In this document: in pieces, positions 1 through 7,923 of the stretch | Layout: each line of letters opens with the position of its first letter | How positions within the stretch are numbered: position 1 is the first letter of the stretch | From: Amoeboradix gromovi X-113 | Lineage: Eukaryota > Fungi > Sanchytriomycota | NCBI GenBank assembly: GCA_018985225.1 | Contig: JADGIF010000159.1 | Coordinates: 1 to 16,629, forward strand | DNA length: 16,629 nt | Reading direction: 5' to 3' | The notes under the pieces: generated by a model | Databases searched by the model: none | Told to the model about the DNA's origin: nothing | Seen by the model: only the letters and a program-made list of their open reading frames with translations | Program-made: the position numbers and the translations under genes

Positions 1-54
1 TTTCTCTGTGGAATTCTCGCTTTTCTCGAAAATCAGGACTTTTAACGAGGAGTA
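1..54 (+). mobile_element. Right end of a family B Fanzor/TnpB element (rest lies outside the window)
   Basis: Bases 1-54 are the exact reverse complement of 1037-1090, the 3' end of the Fanzor relic. Identity stops after ...TTTAACGAGGAGTA. Confidence 0.85.
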
Positions 55-324
55 TTATAAATGATTAATTTACTGTGTTCCTGGCAATTCATACAATAGA
101 CATGTAGCATCCCAAACAATAAGATAAATCTTGGTAAAAGCATTTGTTTTGCTTGTTCATAAGTCTTAAATTAGAGAAAAGGAATTGGTATATGTACCCC
201 TAAAGCAAAGGTAATAAATTATGTAGAATTTCTACTTACCAATTCTGCCTTTTGACAAGTTAGTTAAAAGAATCTGTTTACCTTTTGTGTATTCCGTTTT
301 AGATGCCACGTATTTATTCAGGTA

Positions 325-819
325 CTAACTGCTCATGTCACTTATTAACGATTCGGTGTCCAAGTCTTCTATTTTCGCAGTTTTGAACTCAATTTGAGTA
401 AACAGAGACGATAGTTTATGGTAGCTGCAGAGTATTTCTACATTCCTCTTGCTTGAGATTTCCGTACAAAGAATAAACTGACTTGCTAGATAAGATCTGA
501 ACTCAGATATTGTGCAACCATCTCTCACTAAGTCTATCCCGTATACGAGACCCGATTTAATATTTCCTTCGATACTATGCCAAATCCACAACAGCGCTAG
601 TGATATATTCATGTATTTTGAAGGTAAATACTTTTCTATCGCTTTACTTGCCATATGCACTGGAAAATTAGCCCACTCCATTATTCTTTTGTTTTGCTCT
701 TCCAATTCAATATGCGGTACCTCCATCCAAATTATTGATCCTAAGGGAACATTCATTTTGAAAGGAGAGGTCTCGGTTTTATCCAAGAAAAGACTGACAT
801 AACGAGTAAGTCTATTCAA
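325..819 (-). pseudogene. Fragment of a decayed gene of unknown function
   Basis: 164-codon open frame starting at TTG (first ATG is internal). Protein-like but frameshifted or stop-broken reading continues upstream to ~1026 and downstream, with a candidate GTAAGT...TTTAG intron at 200-239. Confidence 0.35.
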
Positions 820-1036
820 TAGAAATCAACTGGAGAAATGGTTAGTAGATCTATTGCTCTGTTCAAAAAGAATTTAGCTGAATCCGTGCTTCTTCCATTT
901 AAGATAAAAGGTGTATGTTTTTAGGTGGAATCCAATTGCTTTTTGTCATTGTGCGACCAATTGAGTTCCGTGAATTGAGCTTGTGATTTCCAAGAAAGTT
1001 TGATGGAACTTGCGATTGATTTTCATTTATTAATTG

Positions 1037-1155
1037 TACTCCTCGTTAAAAGTCCTGATTTTCGAGAAAAGCGAGAATTCCACAGAGAAACTAGCAGTGC
1101 TAAATTCTCCGTTACAGTGATTGCTCACGCTTGCACTACCCTGAGGCGGGATTGA
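1037..1155 (-). ncRNA. Putative omegaRNA scaffold of family B Fanzor
   Basis: Lies between the RuvC-III coding region and the element right end. Contains GUGA-GCAA-UCAC (GNRA hairpin, 1117-1128), a ~14-bp stem ACGGAGAAUUUAGC/GCUAGUUUCUCUGU (1082-1112) and UUCUCG/CGAGGA pairing near the end. The 5' boundary is uncertain. Confidence 0.6.
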
Positions 1156-1480
1156 ATAAGTATGCAGATACTTGATGTACATGTTCCTTGCTGCCATATG
1201 GTCTCTATCCACTTTTATATTATAGCTTTTGCAGGTGCAGCTCTCCAAATTGAGTTTCTTTAGAGTACCACACCTTGTACATGTCTGACTAGTAAATGAT
1301 TCATTACGCTCAACCATCGTCTTTCCTCTTTGTTTACACTTGAACTACAAGCGTTCCTTGAATAAATTGTACAGAAATCTCTAATAGGCATTGAAATTCA
1401 TCTAATTCTTCCATGCTTGGACCAGTTCCTCAGTGTTGATGAATGTATGCTGTACCTGCTAGTTATTTCTTTAGAATTGA
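1037..1480 (-). pseudogene. Fanzor/TnpB C-terminal relic, family B
   Basis: Translation LYNLFKERL*FKCKQRGKTMVERNESFTSQTCTRCG...CTCKSY...VDRDHMAARNMYIKYL gives the ExxTS motif, zinc ribbon and RuvC-III DRD..AARN. Three in-frame TAG stops lie upstream and the 5' part is missing. Confidence 0.88.
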
Positions 1481-1836
1481 CATATTCAGGATTAAATCCA
1501 TTAATTTCATTTACCATTTGCGAAAATTAAGAACCTCGAGCACTTTAGGTATTTGAAAAATCTGGAAAAGTCATGCAACTGTATAAAAATACATACTAAT
1601 TCGCGATAAATGATTTGTTCAAGAAAACAATCGAGCCGTTGCAACAAGAAAGTCCGCGCAATATACAAAAAATCCGACCAAACCATTTTCATGACATTTA
1701 AGCTGTTACTGCCTTGCAAAACTTCAAAAAAGTCATACAGCGGAAAAACCAAAATCATCCAAGTCATTTACTCTGCTGACAAATTAAGAGGACCAATTTG
1801 ACGGAGATAAATGATAAAGGGCCGTTTTTTATTAGA

Positions 1837-3246
1837 TTAGTTGTCCTCATATACAGTTATCAGCTTAGTGAGTTCTATTCTGTTTTCATTTTCTAGTCTT
1901 TTATTCTTCCGCTCATCATCTAAAGCCTTTATTTTTTCGTTCTTTACCAGTTCTTCGTTTAGATACGAGTTGCGATAATCATCAAATATGTCCTTGTTGA
2001 ATTTGTATAACGTAAACACCAGTCGCTTTTTAAACTTTTGTGTAACTAAAATTCCCAAATGAACATCCTCTATGGTTTGAAAGAAGCAATAGTCTATACA
2101 ATTTTCGAACGGGTGTTCCCATCTGTATTGGCTGTTGCGATCAAACATCCGTATGGCACCATTAAACACAACGACATAGAATGCATTCCAAGATGTGATT
2201 TTCAACGCTCTGCCTTTAGAATGGCATATGAAATGCTTTAAGCTAAAAATATCGCCTACAATTGTCTGCAAAAATAGTGTTTTATTGTGCACGTATAAAT
2301 GCGATATAGGTGTATCATTAAATGCGTTCTCTGAAAACAGTTTGGATTTATCTGGCAAATTAATTGCGTGTGAGTTGCATGTTATTAGACCATCGCTGCA
2401 AATTGTAGAATCGGAAACATAACCATTGTACTCAATAAAGTCCAGTGAAGTGTTTTTATCAAATAAAGAAATGGCATCGCATTTGCAGTAGCCATCTAGA
2501 AATATGAGATGTATATCTAAACCCAATTTTATTATTTTTGTTAATTCGCTTGGTAACTTTATTTCGTTAACCAGGGCTGATTTGTTCATAAAGTTTGATT
2601 TATTGAACGGGTTAAATTTGATAACTTTTAAGATATTGGATCGAGTGTTTGCCAGAAAATAAAAATCACCGTTAAGCCATAGACCTTCAACTAGGGAAAA
2701 CGAGGATTTAGAGCAAAATATCTCCTCATCAGATTTAAATATAGTACCATTAGTATATGAAAAGCATCTGCCAAGAACAGAATGATCATAAATTATTTTA
2801 TCACACTTAATCTTTCTTGAATATAGCTCACTTTGTGTAAAGGCTTCAGCAGATATTTGTGGATAATGCAGCAGCTTAGAAGACATAATGCTATCGAGTA
2901 TGTATGCGCGAGCCAATAACTCACTGTTCCATGATAACTGAGATTCTTGATAAATTTTTTCATCGACTCGATTCCACATTTTCGGTTCTGGTGCTTGCGT
3001 GCCTTGATTCAGGAGTTTGTTAGAAACCTGAGTAGCTTGCGTGTTAAATTCATCAGTTTGTGTATATGCATCATATTTTCTAAAAGCTTTATTATATGAA
3101 AAATCACCGATTTGAATATGAATTATTTTGCTGGACTTTGTCAGGATAAGTTTCTCCTCTTGATATTCCTCAAAGTCATCTATGTAAAGCTCTGTCTTAC
3201 TGGTCTCATCAGTAGATTCAAAGTCATCTGCGTAGTAGTTGCTCAT
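1837..3246 (-). CDS. Divergent WD40-like protein, possibly dynein-2 intermediate chain WDR60/DYNC2I1-like
   Basis: Intact ~469-aa ORF from the ATG at 3246. N-terminal acidic YADDFE...IDDFEEY repeats, then DAYTQTDE/TQATQV/GTQAPE (TQT-type LC8-binding motifs, as in WDR60), then a beta-rich region. Confidence 0.45.
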   Translation of the reverse strand: MSNYYADDFESTDETSKTELYIDDFEEYQEEKLILTKSSKIIHIQIGDFSYNKAFRKYDAYTQTDEFNTQATQVSNKLLNQGTQAPEPKMWNRVDEKIYQESQLSWNSELLARAYILDSIMSSKLLHYPQISAEAFTQSELYSRKIKCDKIIYDHSVLGRCFSYTNGTIFKSDEEIFCSKSSFSLVEGLWLNGDFYFLANTRSNILKVIKFNPFNKSNFMNKSALVNEIKLPSELTKIIKLGLDIHLIFLDGYCKCDAISLFDKNTSLDFIEYNGYVSDSTICSDGLITCNSHAINLPDKSKLFSENAFNDTPISHLYVHNKTLFLQTIVGDIFSLKHFICHSKGRALKITSWNAFYVVVFNGAIRMFDRNSQYRWEHPFENCIDYCFFQTIEDVHLGILVTQKFKKRLVFTLYKFNKDIFDDYRNSYLNEELVKNEKIKALDDERKNKRLENENRIELTKLITVYEDN

Positions 3247-3319
3247 TGAATGTGTTACAAAAATCAAATACTAAGTAAACTACTCACCAAAAATACTGCA
3301 GTGGGAAAAGCTATGCAGT

Positions 3320-3670
3320 TTATTGAAAAGTATGAATCTTGCATAACAAGGGAACTTTCCATGCTTCCAAGTCGCCGCAATCACAGCATCCACCATTGCC
3401 ATGGGAAAAATGATAGCTGACGTTGTGCCTTTCATGATTTGTGCTTTTAAAGCATTCTACACATAGTACACATGTTCCATCTAATCCACAATCTTTGCAG
3501 CTGTATACTATATCACCCTTGACAAACAGCTTTCCACAATAGTCTTTAGGTGGTGCCGCTTGATGCTTTTTAAATAGGATGGGGTCCATTTCTGACTTCA
3601 TACAGTCTATTATTGTATTGTAGTCATTCTCTTGCTCAATTACTTGTCTAAAGTCAACTGCATCTTTCAT
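3320..3670 (-). CDS. Stand-alone UBR-box (zf-UBR, Ubr1-type) protein
   Basis: CGKLFVKGDIVYSCKDCGLDGTCVLCVECFKSTNHERH...GGCCDCGDLEAWK...CKIH is a complete UBR box. TAA follows three codons later with no splice donor. Start is the ATG at 3670 or 3601. Confidence 0.85.
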   Translation of the reverse strand: MKDAVDFRQVIEQENDYNTIIDCMKSEMDPILFKKHQAAPPKDYCGKLFVKGDIVYSCKDCGLDGTCVLCVECFKSTNHERHNVSYHFSHGNGGCCDCGDLEAWKVPLLCKIHTFQ

Positions 3671-3673
3671 ACA

Positions 3674-3958
3674 ATGGGGAAAGAGTTGATTCAATTTGGT
3701 GGATTTCTAGGATCTATTCTTTTGGCTGCATATTCTATCGCCAACATGAACCATATGAGATTCAAGAAGGAAATCGTGCATTCCGATCCCCAGCCCATAG
3801 ATGAAAGCAAAAATGAATGGATACAATCTGAGGAACCTGTTGAAAACCCAAAGATTAGAAGGTCAGCAAAGCACGTTAAAAACATATCTTTACAGGAAGA
3901 ATATGCCAAAATAAGTGGATTGGCCCAATGGGAACACAAAAGAGTTCCAAGAGCATAG
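3674..3958 (+). CDS. COX16: Cytochrome c oxidase assembly protein Cox16
   Basis: N-terminal transmembrane segment FGGFLGSILLAAYSI and C-terminal SLQEEYAKI...WEHKRVPR, typical of Cox16. 94 aa from the ATG at 3674. Confidence 0.8.
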   Translation: MGKELIQFGGFLGSILLAAYSIANMNHMRFKKEIVHSDPQPIDESKNEWIQSEEPVENPKIRRSAKHVKNISLQEEYAKISGLAQWEHKRVPRA

Positions 3959-3964
3959 AATTTA

Positions 3965-5043
3965 CTATTTGTTTTCGTGATATCTTTCTTTTGGTAAAGT
4001 GTTTCTCTTTGACCAGAATATCCCACACGCCTAAATAAGTAAACTAGTACGTTGCACAATGTTCTTGGTCCATGAGGTCCTTTCCTCATGGTAGGTGTGA
4101 ATAGCCCAGACAACAGGCACCAGTTGCACTTCCAACTTTTTCTAAATTCGCTAACTTGTTTTGTTCCATCAATGTTAAACACTCTAGCACTGGCACCAAA
4201 TCCTCTATGATATTTGGGTGCCTTGGATTCGACCACCATCGAGTCTGCTTGGTTCAGAAGATCTAGCGTTTCCTTGTCTACTTTTATTTCATCATAATAA
4301 CTGTTTGGTGGTTTCTCCAAAGTGTGGTTAGGATCCAATTTCCAATTCTTAGCCATGTAAGATGGCTGGTAATAATCATATTTACGCCTCCGTCTCCTGG
4401 ATGTCTTTGTAAGCCGCTTTTGTATCTGAGAATCGTCCAAATAATGAAAACTAGGAAACTTTATGTTTTGTTGAGGGATGTGGTTTACAATTTCGTCTTG
4501 TTGTAAAGAATAATAAATTTGGTCATATATGGTAAACGCAACTAAACACTCCCATGTGGTACCTAACCCGAGTTCAGTGCAATAAATATAAGTAAAATCT
4601 TCTACAGAAACTGTGGATTCCAGATCCCAATAAAACTCGTCACGGATATGCAGAGAAGAATGATTGAGGTCTATTATGATAGGAATAAACCTATCCTCTT
4701 CAGATTCCTGAACATTCATCAGGGGATGGTCCGTTGGATCTGAAATTTGTTGTACAAATTGAGAAAGGCATGCATTAGATAAAACTGGCATGCTACAGTT
4801 ATAGTCACTCATCGTTACTTCCAGCAAGTATTTAGGAGTATACAGATTTTCAAATGCATTCCACAAGAACTGTTCTCTAAATTTAATTCCTTCACAATCA
4901 GCCGAAATACTGATGGGTATAAGCAAGCAATTTAGTGCAGGTTCCGTATAAAAGTACAAGTGGTTCGTTTTTCTGGCAGACAATTTTAATTGTGGATTGA
5001 TCCTATCGCCTTCAGACGTATTTGATTCAGCGTAATCACTCAT
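3965..5043 (-). CDS. SFH1: RSC subunit Sfh1 (SNF5 family) with C-terminal GATA zinc finger; join(5043..4051,4030..3965)
   Basis: SNF5 repeats (LIPISI...FREQFLWN; IRDEFYWDL...YCTELGL). The GATA finger CNWC...TPTMRKGPHGPRTLCN|ACGIFW is completed only by removing a 20-nt intron. Stop is TAG at 3965-3967. Confidence 0.85.
4031..4050 (-). other. 20-nt spliceosomal intron in SFH1
   Basis: GTACTAGTTTACTTATTTAG. Removing it restores the conserved LCNACG of the GATA finger. Confidence 0.92.
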
Positions 5044-5116
5044 CCGCCTGTTTTAAAAATTCATCAAACTGAAATAATGAACCAACAGATAGTATTGGCA
5101 AAGCAGATTAGCCCAC

Positions 5117-5737
5117 ATGCAACAATCGAGAAAGAATATGAGGCACGCATTACACTATGTCCTAGCACTTTGGACTATAGTTGTATTAATTGGAACACTC
5201 ATACTTTATATAAAGCCGAGCTATCCGTTCTATATGACATTTGTGTCATATTGGGTACTCAGTTTATATATGATATTATACTTTGTATTACCGTTGAAGA
5301 TTCGGACAATTCTATATGGATTTTGCCTTACAGGACACGCTATAGTTCCACTAGTGTATTGGATTCTGCTAAACAATGATGATACGCAAAACAGGACGGC
5401 AATTAGTAAAGTATGGAACATTTTCATTCATGGTGGTGACTTTGTGGTTATATTTTTGCATTTTTTACTGTTTCACAATGAGTTGCCAAGTGTTACTATA
5501 TTCTGGAATCTGATATTTAGCGCAGTCTATATTGCTTGGGCGTGGTGTGGTTATTTTATATTTGGCGAGTTTGTATATCCATTTTTAGATCCTAAAGACC
5601 CAATCGCAAAATTCGTATACCCCAGCGTAGTTGTTTTAATAATTGTACTCTCTATATTATGGGTAAAAATGCATGAACTAAGAAATAGAAAGAAGAATAT
5701 AGCTCCCGATTTTTATTCAATAAATTACTTATCGTGA
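5117..5737 (+). CDS. FAR-17a/AIG1-like multi-pass membrane protein
   Basis: About six hydrophobic segments with YMTF, VYWILL, IHG and YPFLD motifs. The family's Thr and His positions appear to be present. Confidence 0.65.
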   Translation: MQQSRKNMRHALHYVLALWTIVVLIGTLILYIKPSYPFYMTFVSYWVLSLYMILYFVLPLKIRTILYGFCLTGHAIVPLVYWILLNNDDTQNRTAISKVWNIFIHGGDFVVIFLHFLLFHNELPSVTIFWNLIFSAVYIAWAWCGYFIFGEFVYPFLDPKDPIAKFVYPSVVVLIIVLSILWVKMHELRNRKKNIAPDFYSINYLS

Positions 5738-5820
5738 TTGTATGAGCTATATTGCTCCAAGATACTAGCCTACTTGAGCTTTCTTGCAGAAAAAGTATGT
5801 TAGAAACTGGTCTAAAAAGA

Positions 5821-5897
5821 AAGTTCAACTGGAAAGAAAGAGAAAAAAAATTTGTAGAATGTAATGAAGAATACACTTATCAAACATGTACAAGATC
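5821..5897 (+). pseudogene. Short Fanzor/TnpB relic related to family B, cut off at the family A right end
   Basis: FNWKEREKKFVECNEEYTYQTCTR aligns without gaps to FKCKQRGKTMVERNESFTSQTCTR of the 1037-1480 relic (14/24 identical). Confidence 0.7.
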
Positions 5898-5901
5898 GCA
5901 A

Positions 5902-6004
5902 CGCCTACGTTAAATGTGAAGAATTCGAAAATCATGAAGATTTCAAACCCCACACTTCTCAAGTGTAGACAACTTGGGGAGATACCATTTGAGCATGTTC
6001 TTGC
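5902..6004 (-). ncRNA. Putative omegaRNA scaffold of family A Fanzor (overlaps last exon)
   Basis: Hairpins CUACACUU-GAG-AAGUGUGG and UUUGAAAUC-UUCAU-GAUUUUCGAA, ending ...ACAUUUAACGUAGGCG. The only difference from the second copy in this interval falls in a hairpin loop (5958/13346). The 5' boundary is uncertain. Confidence 0.65.
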
Positions 6005-7213
6005 CTACATTATTTTGAAGTACCTGGATTGATATCTCTATGGTCTTGGTGAACGCATTGCTGACAATGAAACCATCTATCATTGACATTCGCTCGACTT
6101 TGATGATCGCATTTGAAGCAAGTTATGGTAGAATAGGCCTCATTGACAATCAATAAACTTTGACCATGCAATTTACATTTATGCGCTAGCCTTTGCTTGA
6201 ATGTGTAATGAGGCAACGATTGAAGCTCTCTTTTTTGGTTCTTACAAAGCTTCTTCATCATCTCTTGAGTACCAAATTCTGGTAGCAAGATCGCTGGAAA
6301 CTTGCGAAGAGATTTGATCACTTCATAGTGCATCGTCGTTGTAAGATCTTGAATTCTTTGGTATAACCAAGCTTTCTTTCTGCGTCTATTCTTGATCTTT
6401 TGCAGTTTGCACCTTGACGTATACTTAGCACGCTTCTTAATGTTCGCAATGTCTCTATTGATCCCATCAATTCTTAAATGGAGACTATTGAGTTGCTTTC
6501 GTGCTTCATAACCATACAAGGCTACTGATCCATCAATTCCATACGCTGCTTGAAAAGTACACACACCAGGATCTAATGCGACGGCTTTCGCAGGCGACAT
6601 CCCTCGAAATGGTCGTATAATATTTTCCATTGCCTGACTTGTATACAATTCGTGTTGCGCTATCAACATACTCTAAAGGCTCTGTGGTTTTGAATGGCGT
6701 TTTACCCCAACGCCATGGGAAAGGTCTTGGCCTTCCCTTCTTACCGCTACCTATGATGTCTCTTGTTCTTAGTTGCATAGATGCAGAGGATGCTTTCAAT
6801 GACTTGAACTTGAATTGGAATGTGTGGGAAGGGTTCTTCAATTTCTTTGCCCAATTCGATCCTATTGCCTTGTCATAGTCCATGCAAGCTGCATCCCGTA
6901 TTTCCGCAGGAATATCTTTCAACCATGGTTCATGTTGCGCCCACAAAGAGTAGTTAAACACCAACAGCGATCGAAGACGTGATTTCTTTCTCAAATGAGG
7001 GAACCGCTTCGAGAAATCCACACACTGGTTGTAGATCCAGCGATAGGCACCAAACCATTGTCGCATAATAGAGCGCTGAGCAGCACATAATTTCAATTCT
7101 ACCATCTTGCTACACTTCACAACTTTGCCTCTGGGCTTAATATCTCTTCCAAATCTATCTCTCTTTGGTGCTTGCTTGCCTTTCTTTGCGATTTCGAGCT
7201 GCTCTTCGACCAT
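5943..7213 (-). pseudogene. Fanzor2 (TnpB-like RNA-guided RuvC nuclease) with one frameshift near 6595 and a 19-nt intron
   Basis: N-terminal QWFGAYRWIYN helix and FQFKFKSLK. RuvC-I VALDPGVCTF, LLPEF with the displaced Glu in VNEAYST (Fanzor-type RuvC-II), CxxC...CxxC ribbon and RuvC-III HRDIN. ORFs 6533..7411 and 6010..6669 are the two halves. Confidence 0.93.
6005..6023 (-). other. Predicted 19-nt spliceosomal intron in the Fanzor gene
   Basis: GTACTTCAAAATAATGTAG contains an in-frame TAA. Removal gives RDINPGKNMLKWYL, matching the RD.xAARNMxxKYL spacing of family B. Confidence 0.8.
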
Positions 7214-7766
7214 TCTTTGTTGTAACAAAGACATAACAGATGTTAAGTAGGTCGTCAGCAAATTCTCTGTCGGGGTCATTTTCAATAGAGTGGAGAACCA
7301 CGATTTCTGTTCCATGGTATTTGCAAATGTCTTCAAATAATTCGTATCCAAAGCGGCACAATCTGTCTTTGTCTGCAACCGTGATTTTCTATACAGCGTT
7401 TTCCTGTGCAAGCTTTACGAGTATAGAGAATCTATGTCGCCTAGAATTGACTCCGGATCCAACGCCCTTGATGATTTCCGTACCTGGACACCGCTCTTGC
7501 ATGTAGAGTACCTGGCGCTCGAGATCTTCCTTCTGGTGTTTGCAGCTAACTCTACAATGCACATATGACTTCTTTTCCTCTTCAGTGTATTGCCAGAACA
7601 AGTGTCTAACGTAATTGCCTCAGTACAGCCTATTTATTACCTCCTGGCGTCTTGATATACTCGATCTTTCCCCTTCTGCCCATTTTCGCAACTGCGTATC
7701 GGAAACATCGAATTCCTTCTTGACTGTAGCAAGTCCAATAAACTTGGAGTTCTTTCCATTTCGCAT
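7155..7766 (-). pseudogene. tnpA: IS607-family TnpA serine recombinase/transposase
   Basis: MerR-like HTH (DVSDTQLRKW...KIEYIKTPGG.RLY), catalytic HCRVS...QKEDLERQ, GSGVN, DRLCRFGYELF and DDLLNI..VF. Compensating frameshifts at ~7635-7670 and stops at 7620-7622 and 7389-7391. The 3' end overlaps the nuclease start at 7213. Confidence 0.92.
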
Positions 7767-7923
7767 ATTCTCTACACATTATATTCCTTTAACACCATTC
7801 TTAAATGTAAATGTAAATGGAATTGAGTGTTGTGTTCATGTACATTGAATACATCTAAAAACACTGTAATGTTATATCACTTATTCATAGAATTGTTTAT
7901 GTTTGGCAATTTTTGATTAGATC

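Larger units (their letters stand above)
5902..7820 (-). mobile_element. IS607-like Fanzor2 transposon, family A, near full length and decayed
   Basis: Serine-recombinase tnpA overlaps a TnpB-like nuclease gene. The right end at 5902 is set by where identity with the copy at 13290 stops. The left end is approximate. Confidence 0.92.

Noticed and set aside
3691-4030. ORF-track C-terminal extension of the 450-aa SFH1 ORF overlapping COX16
   Set aside because: Artefact of reading through the 20-nt intron. The spliced gene stops at 3965.
1340-7391. Several in-frame TAG codons in Fanzor/TnpA relics suggested TAG reassignment (as in some aphelids)
   Set aside because: Host genes are long ORFs under the standard code, and COX16 and SFH1 end at TAG in the expected places. 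The relics also contain frameshifts and a TGA, so this is ordinary decay.
7214-7411. N-terminal 66 aa of the 292-aa ORF as part of the nuclease
   Set aside because: This is an alternative frame of tnpA. The ATG at 7213 fits the usual IS607 tnpA/tnpB overlap better.
5885-7844. CATGTACA at 5885-5892 and 7837-7844 as a target-site duplication
   Set aside because: The first copy is 9 bp away from the defined right end and is explained by the QTCT codons of the interrupted relic. IS607-type elements do not make such duplications.
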